From the NCBI RefSeq assembly GCF_006345805.1, contig NC_042998.1, positions 13,268,001 through 13,332,000 on the forward strand: 64,000 nucleotides of DNA. Reading direction: 5' to 3'. The notes under the pieces are model-generated. The model saw only the letters and a program-made list of their open reading frames with translations. It was not told where the DNA came from and did not search any database. Made by a program: the position numbers and the translations under genes. Positions 56,410 through 64,000 of this stretch are shown in pieces. How positions within the stretch are numbered: position 1 is the first letter of the stretch; every line of letters starts with the position of its first letter. Source of the stretch: Octopus sinensis. Lineage: Eukaryota.

Positions 56410-59150
56410 TACTGAGCAACAAAAGGGCAACAAAAACGATTTATTTTCTGCTACCCAGAAAAAAATAGTGCTGTACTAAGCTAAATTGTGTACGCTGATT
56501 CCGAATCTACTGTAGCACGTCAGGATTTTCAGTTATGCTCTTAATTATATATTAATCTCTCTCTATATAAAGCAGAAGTTGTCTGTGTATGGCAGGTTTG
56601 GTAGCCTTCAACTAACACTATATCCTCCGAGTCCCTGCGAGGCAAGTTGACCAAAATTGAGAGTATGATAGAGAGTATGTTAACATCGGTCCATATTAAC
56701 ACCAAAAATTATTTACATCAAAAAGGTGCTTTTTTTCTATGAAAATCCCTATTTTGTAGGTATTTTGACTGCTGTGTCGCCATCTTTCGGTGTATTTTAA
56801 CCAGAAAAATGTTCACTTAAAGAGAATAACATGCTACATAATGCGAAAGTTTTACTTTTCAAAAACTCCAATTCTAAAGAGTCGAAACAAACCCGAGCAA
56901 CGCCGGGCGATACTACAAGTATTATATTAGAGTCAGGAATAGTTAAGTTCATAGTAAATAAATATTATAATAGTAGATTAATACTCTATATAGTAAATTT
57001 ATGTTCAAGGCAAATAATATTATAATACAATGGTACATAATATATTGATGTTAAAGGAATACTCACTTTATTTTTGATATGCTCAGTTCAGAAAAGTTTG
57101 AGACACTTGCTCTTGTGCTTATGTGTGGCGCTGGTCTCCCGTTGTAGGAACAAGGAATAGTCATCCATCATGTGTGGATGGAATCGGCTTTGATACCTCG
57201 TTTCCGTCTCAGATATTTCCTAGTGGAACCTATCACCATGCTCATAAATAAGGTCACCAAAATCCGTTCGAAAAGATCGAAATGAGAATGCAAGAAGTGC
57301 ATTTTAAGGGAATTCGGCATCCCATTATTTCGTACGCTGTTACCACCTTGTTTATTAAATCAGCATAGTTTTCAACTCTATAATTTCCAAAAAAGATCCG
57401 TACAATTACCACAAATGAATCCCATGCCGTCAGCTCAACTGGATTCAGTTTACCTCCGAATTTGCTATCCAATGAAAATGCCTTTCAGTTTTGCGTCACT
57501 TTTCTCAGGACTAAAATTTACTTTTGGATACTGGAATCCACAAACATCGTGTGTCATTGCTTTTACGAATTTTTTTTTGCTTGTCTACCAGTAGCATATG
57601 CAACACATTGTACCGACCAACTATGCATTCATCTCTTTTAGGCCAGTCTTTTACAGTGTAATGATTGCTGTCGTCAGGGCTGTTACAAACACACAAGAAG
57701 TACATATTTTTGGTATATTCCAACTGCAGTCCAATGAGGAGCGAATTACATTTAAATATTCTAATTATGAACTAAGTAATTACCTCCTTTCAGAATGAGT
57801 TCCATCGATTCATAAGTTTCTTCCCTACCGACAACGGGAATGGAAGATTTTTCATTACTATTCCATACCCACAGAAACGGAAGGTTATTCATTACCATTA
57901 TGTGACAACACAGCTTTGAGGCTAACATTACTCAACTCCATAAACAATCTCCATTCGTTAGCCACATGCACGTGTCCTACTTTTTGCACGAGTGCATTAA
58001 CGTCAGTACAGAAACAAGCATTATTTTCTTGCTTGAAAAAGACAGATACGACTTTGTGGTGGGAACGGAAAATGTATATTTTCGTACCTTGCTGTAGTAG
58101 ATTCCGTTGTTGAACTTTGGACCCTCAAACTTCTGCCCTCTCCTTTGACAATGCTAGGTCTCTTACTAAATCGTTAACATCTTCTAGATGAAACTAACCT
58201 GGGTAATTTTTCTTAGAATCAACTACACACTCTTCGTTGATAGGAGAGTCAGAGGGTTCATCGTGCGACGTTTCAAGATTTTCAAGTGAAGCATCTGAGA
58301 GGGAAACTGGGACAGGATTCTCGAAGTCGTATGGGACTGATTTTAGAGCCGACTTACAATTCTCATACGCAATTTTTGCTTTGGTCTTCTTTGAGAAAAC
58401 ACAACTATTAATCATGCAAAAATAACAATTAGAGACATGACTGGCTGGCTCACGCCATAACATTAGTACAGCAAAATACATTCTCTTCCGTTTTACATTC
58501 AGCGACTGTGTAAGCTCTGAGTAGCAGACGGTGCAGCATATATGAGGTGTCCTCCTCTTGTCTTGATCTCCAACTTTACACCCGAAATAATATTTATAGT
58601 CAGTTTTTAATTTGCTGAGAATGTTCTTCTGCTGGTCACGCGGATCAAATTTTTCGCAGACATATCAAAAATTTGTCTGGATTATACACACTCATATTCA
58701 TGATCTAATACAATAAAAACAGTTAAAACGTCGAGCGAGAGATGCACATACCACACGTGACGGCAGCGCAAGCAACACTGAGAGTTACCAAGAACAAACG
58801 GACGTATTTGGCATTGCACACAATGTGTCAGCGCCATCTATTGCTAAACTAAATAATGAACTTTCTCATCGATTGTTTTATTGCTGTTATTTCTTTAACT
58901 TTGAATTAAGACTGCTTTCATTTTAAAAATTTTTATCATACTGCCAATATCTAGCTTAAAATAGTGTTATAATACTTATAATACGGCCTATGTCTAGCCG
59001 AAACTATAGTTATAATCTTGCGCATGTGCATAACTCCAAATCTTAAGGTGCTGGTACAATTCTGAGAGTGGATTCGGAATCAGCATTCTCGATTTACTCT
59101 AAAACACATGCTTTTATCCCAGTAGCAAAAACTTATATATGTAATACTAT
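56410..59150 (-). mobile_element. Decayed DNA transposon, probably CMC/Chapaev3-like
   Basis: Fragmented transposase 57060-58720: YFGCKVGDQDK...PHICC..C; WREPASHVSNCYFC; MHFLHSHFD...HGDRFH...RYQ. Inverted 18-mer at 56494-56511 / 59067-59084 (17/18). The family label is from memory. Confidence 0.75.
56556..56919 (+). mobile_element. Non-autonomous Helitron nested in the transposon
   Basis: 5' TC after A; 3' hairpin CCCGAGCAACGCCGGG, then CAAG (decayed CTAG) before T; no TSD. Confidence 0.7.
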
Positions 59151-59254
59151 TTACTGAACCTCAGCATTTTTATATGCTAGACCACTTGTGTTAAAATTGA
59201 TGTTATCGAATTAATATCCAATTTTTCACCCTCATTTTATTTTTAGTTTTAAAT

Positions 59255-59309
<55 letters not shown>

Positions 59310-59310
59310 G

Positions 59311-59362
<52 letters not shown>

Positions 59363-59364
59363 GT

Positions 59365-59578
59365 GTGTTTGTGCATCTGTGTTAGTCCCCCCAACATCGC
59401 TTGACAATCGATGCTGGTGTATTTACGTCCCCGTAACATAGCGGTTCGGCAAAAAAGACCGATAGAATAAGTACTAGGCTTACAAAGAATAAGTCCTGGG
59501 GTCGATTTGATCGACTAAATGCGATGCTCCAGCATGGCCGCTGTCAAATAACTGAGACAAGTAAAAGAGTAAAAGAAT
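59365..59578 (+). mobile_element. SINE family A 3' half
   Basis: Well-conserved body and tail after a (TA)(TG) tract. Confidence 0.9.
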
Positions 59579-60278
59579 ATAAATGTAGAAAAATGCTTAA
59601 GGGGAAATAACGGTCGTTGTAGTTTTGTATGTTTGAATAAAGCTATAGGGAAACTATTTTGCAATGGAAAAATGTTACGAATAAAATTGAAAATCCCTCT
59701 ATATTTTTGGAATGTACTGATGCACCTTTAAATCAGCAACAGACACTCTAACATATCTGATATGCATTTTCCGCTTCGACTGTATTTTGGTAGGACAATA
59801 AACCTATATATTTGCATGGCTAGCTATAACAATATTTTGACGAAACGCAAACCTCTCTGATACAGCTGAATGTGAATAAGAGAGAAAGATTGACACCAGC
59901 AATGGAGTGTACTCAATTTATCAACACAGATGTTATGAAAAGTAAAATTTTACCCCGCTGGTTTTTGAAATCAGAGAGTTGGGAACTTGTGACTACCAAA
60001 AGAAATTTTATCGGATGTCCGAAAAATTCTTCTAGGTCATCATATTATGGGGCCTCATTATATTTCAGAGAGAAATGGCACGCAATTTATTTTTGACGAA
60101 TTTAAATATAGGTAGATTTTTATTAGAACTGTGTAACTGAAAATCAAGATTAAGTTTCTAAATATTTACTATGTTTTGTCTCTGTATCGATCTCAGTACA
60201 AAAGTTAATCTTAACAATAATACATTAAGTTATTTAATTACGATGATATTTAACTATGATAATATTGATAAATGATGT

Positions 60279-60640
60279 GGAGGCGCAATGGTTAGGGCAG
60301 CGGACTCGCGGTCGTAGGATCGCGGTTTCGATTCCCAGACCGGGCGTTTGTGAGTGTTTATTGAGTGAAAACACCTAAAACTCCACGTGGCTCCGGCAGA
60401 GATGGTGGTGATCCCTGCTGTACTCTTTCACCACAACTTTCTCTCACTCTTACTTCCTATTTCTGTTGTAAATGTATTTCAAAGGACACTCTCTGTGTCA
60501 CGCTGAATATCCCCGAGAACTACGTTAAGAGTACACGTGTCTGTGAAGTGCTCAGCCACTTACACGTTAATTTCACGAGCAGGCTGTTCCGTTGATCGGA
60601 TCAACCGGAACCCTCGTCGTCGTAACCGACGGAGTGCTTC
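60279..60640 (+). mobile_element. tRNA-derived SINE family C, near full length
   Basis: GGAGGCGCAATGGTTAGGGCAGCGGACTCGCGG...GGTTTCGATTCCC head; ends CGTAACCGACGGAGTGC. Confidence 0.88.
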
Positions 60641-61518
60641 CCTCCATTCATAAATGAATATTATCAGCTAATAGGGAGAACTTTACTTTAAAAGTTTCCT
60701 ACTCAGACAATGAACAGTGGTGGAAAAGTAGAGGGTTGTTAGTGGGAAATATAAGAGATAGTTTTCAGTGAAATATATATGATTTGATTAAGAACAATAT
60801 AGATACATATTATTGTTATTGAAACTCCATGTTTATTGAGAAAATGTCGTTTTTATATATATATGCCAAATAATATATCTTTTCAGATTGTTATGAATAT
60901 TGCATGTTTAGTTACTTCAACTCTTGTACGAAAGAAGTAGAAATTTTTTTTTTCATACTAATGGCAAGAAGTGACTATTTAGATACAATAGTAATATGAA
61001 TGTTATTAAGACAAATACATGCAATCAGATACCTACTCGGGGTCCAAGTTTTATATTAGGAATAAGTATACATTACTAAATTATTGATAGACAAACTATT
61101 TATTTTCTTCGTAACGAATTATTTGGAATTACGCATTATGATCACAGGTTGTGTTACATGAAGTATTATTTGATAATAGAGGAAAATAGAATGCAAACAG
61201 TTAAAATGAGCTGTCTATAAATTGGGGATTGTTAATATACGTGCTTTTCATGGAAGAAATATGAAGGTAAGGTAATTATATGTCTGGTATTATGATATAC
61301 CTAAAGGTACTGGTATGCATTCCATAAATAAGATTAATTTTATATATCATGTTTGTAATTTACTATCTGTCTAGCAACAAACTGCAACTGTCCAGTTATC
61401 TATATATTTATCCAACTAACCATATATAAATCTAATCTTATTTTTCTCCATCATTTCTCGCATTCGTTCCTCTCTGCGTACGTACGTACATACATATATA
61501 TATACAGCACACCATATG

Positions 61519-61571
<53 letters not shown>

Positions 61572-62200
61572 TTGTATCTTTGTATGTACATATATACTTG
61601 TGTATATATATATATCTATATATATGTCTTATGTCTCTGTTAGTCTGTCTCTCTCTGTCTATCTCTCTCCCCCTCTCTCGCTATATATATATATATATAT
61701 ATATATGTATACGTATGTTTATATACATACATATATGTGGTATATACATATATGTTCCATAACTGGAGAGGTTAGAAAAGAAAGATCTCAATCGAGTGAG
61801 ATGTAAATATTTGATCAACACAGGATTTAAGCAAGTGCTACTATAGTTTTCACGATCTGGTACTACAATAGCCGAAAGCGGTTGTATAACGTGCTGTATA
61901 TAATTCTGTAATATTTCAGGATGAAAATAAAAGACGGGTGCTCTAAAAGAAGCTAGAAAGAACGAGAATGGGCGAGAGAAATGAGAGAATGAAAAGAGAG
62001 AAAGAGAAAAGGAGGTAATAAAGTTAAAAATTGTGATGGTTTCCTCTGTTGAATAAGAATACAAAATGGATGACTTATTGAACGGGAAATTTGAAAAGAA
62101 TATTACTGAATACCTCATCCGAAGACGATAGTCTTCACACACATACACACTCACGGACACACACGCGCGCGCGCACACACACACACAAACACACACATGC

Positions 62201-62241
<41 letters not shown>

Positions 62242-62253
62242 GAGAATGATGTA

Positions 62254-62301
62254 GACCCATCTGATGAGATCCTAATAAGATTCGAAAATCTATTAAGGTT
62301 C
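62254..62301 (+). ncRNA. Compact, decayed type I hammerhead-like motif
   Basis: GACCCAT-CTGATGA-GATC-ctaataa-GATTC-GAAA-ATCTATTA-AGGTTC. Confidence 0.45.
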
Positions 62302-62562
62302 AAAATTTTTTCAGTCTGCGGAGAAGTTGCTAAAACTTTTCCTGTTTATATTAATAGTATTTTACATTTTCATTAAATTATACTTTGATTCCGTGTGGAC
62401 TAAGATCCCCGTCGACAGGCCGCTGGTATTTATAGAGTGCGAAACAATTTCTGTATGCAAATTAGAGACATCTTCATAGAATAACTGCTGCATTTGTTGA
62501 GTAAAAAAGCAGTTTGGGTACTTGTTACTCTAGAGACTATTTATATTTATACCATATGTTGC

Positions 62563-62613
<51 letters not shown>

Positions 62614-63799
62614 TTTGTTTAGAAGCACATATACGTATATATACATCTCTTTTTCTCCTTCCATCCATTTCTCCGTGCATATCTCTGAGTGTATGCGTGG
62701 GATTTTGATATAGTCAAGGTAAATCGTATGCAAAGAATGCATGAAAGTAAAATATAAGCAAGAAACCGTAGAAATGAAGGAGAAGAATTAAAGGAGTCAA
62801 AGTTTAAAAATGCAAGGGAAAGAAATGAAAAATTGTTAAGAAAGTTTACGTATAGTTTTATGATTGACCTTAACATAGACAGAATTTATCACAAAGTTAT
62901 CGATATGAAAAATCAGTTTTTGCAATGGTATATATAGATTCAGTAATCGAAATAGCAATACTAGCAGTACGCATGTCTTATATCTTTATATCTCGTAAGT
63001 GGATGTAAGGAAAAATACATTGCTAATGCTATCGGCATCTTTACTTATACCTCGGAGGAATTAGGATCGGTATTATATATTTAGTGCCCCTTAGGTACAA
63101 CACAACCTTTTCGATAAGATGGACTGCAACTTTTCCGAAATCCTTACACCCAGTAAATTCTTATATTTAAAAATAATCTCTCAATATTTCGAAATATTTT
63201 GGTCTATGAGGTCTCGAAATATTCTGTGGAACAATGCTTGGTGAGATTATGTAATATTCATACAGTTTACCGAAGAATTTATATGAATACACCTAACGTG
63301 TCATCTTTGAAATCACCTCTAAAATTACGATATGTAATCAGAAAACTGAACGGAAATTTTGGCACCGGATATTGTGCCTCCAATCCAGTATCAGTCAAAA
63401 ACGTTGTCTTCAACAGGATTAAAATAAATATGAAAGAATTACCCTCGTTGGTCATCAAGTAGGCGTACATTTAATTCAAATAATCCAATAAAGCATAAAG
63501 AAATTCTATAAACTTTTTTATCGGTCTTAAAGGATTAAAAACTTCTATAGGCATAATGGATGAATTGTGGATCATTCCCTATTTACATATGTTCCTTAAC
63601 AATGGTAACATTTGTAATGAGAAGAAAATCTAAAAGTCACGAGAATAAAATGAAATTTTAATGAGCGCTTTCTAGAAAAGAATTTTGACATTCAATCTCA
63701 TACAATTGTAAAATAGTGTAAAATAAAGATATAATTATATAACTCTGTGAATCTTTAAAATAATAAAATTGATATTTACATAAATTTCAATGAATTGGT

Positions 63800-63904
63800 G
63801 ATATGTATACATATGTATATATATACATACACACACACATATATATTTATATATATATATATTTATATATTTATATATATATATATATATATTATATATT
63901 ATAT

Positions 63905-63989
<85 letters not shown>

Positions 63990-64000
63990 ATACACATATA
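63800..64000. repeat. (TA)n microsatellite
   Basis: Direct repeat; many others occur in the window (e.g. 11830-12130, 28105-28235, 53545-53960). Confidence 0.95.

Noticed and set aside
60279-60350. tRNA-like sequences (also 46260-46330, 55200-55273)
   Set aside because: They continue into SINE bodies and lack complete cloverleaves, so they are SINE heads rather than tRNA genes.
63199-63470. Overlapping short ORFs on both strands
   Set aside because: No motif and no splice support.

Overview
AT-rich, microsatellite-dense animal DNA with no recognisable intact host gene. The SINE families resemble Octopus (cephalopod) repeats; that is recognition from memory, not a search result. Almost all long ORFs in the track are translations of simple repeats. 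The window is a transposon graveyard. It holds four decayed R4/Dong-type non-LTR fragments, a 5'-truncated CR1-type LINE, RTE and CR1/L2-group 3' ends, two Penelope-like (PLE) relics, two maT-like Tc1/mariner relics, a Tc1-type MITE, a Chapaev3-like transposon with a nested Helitron, and more than 20 SINE copies from about four families. The most interesting signal is a set of six or seven short loci, from several different sequence families, carrying type I hammerhead-ribozyme (HHR) cores, one with an intact catalytic core and the rest decayed. Four sit in or between inverted repeats, including a 380-bp spacerless palindrome, as expected for PLE-derived non-autonomous elements. Two SINE/LINE 3'-tail matches are visible within the window. 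Two weak candidate micro-exons were found. Coordinates were counted by eye; edges of decayed elements are approximate (about +/-20 bp).
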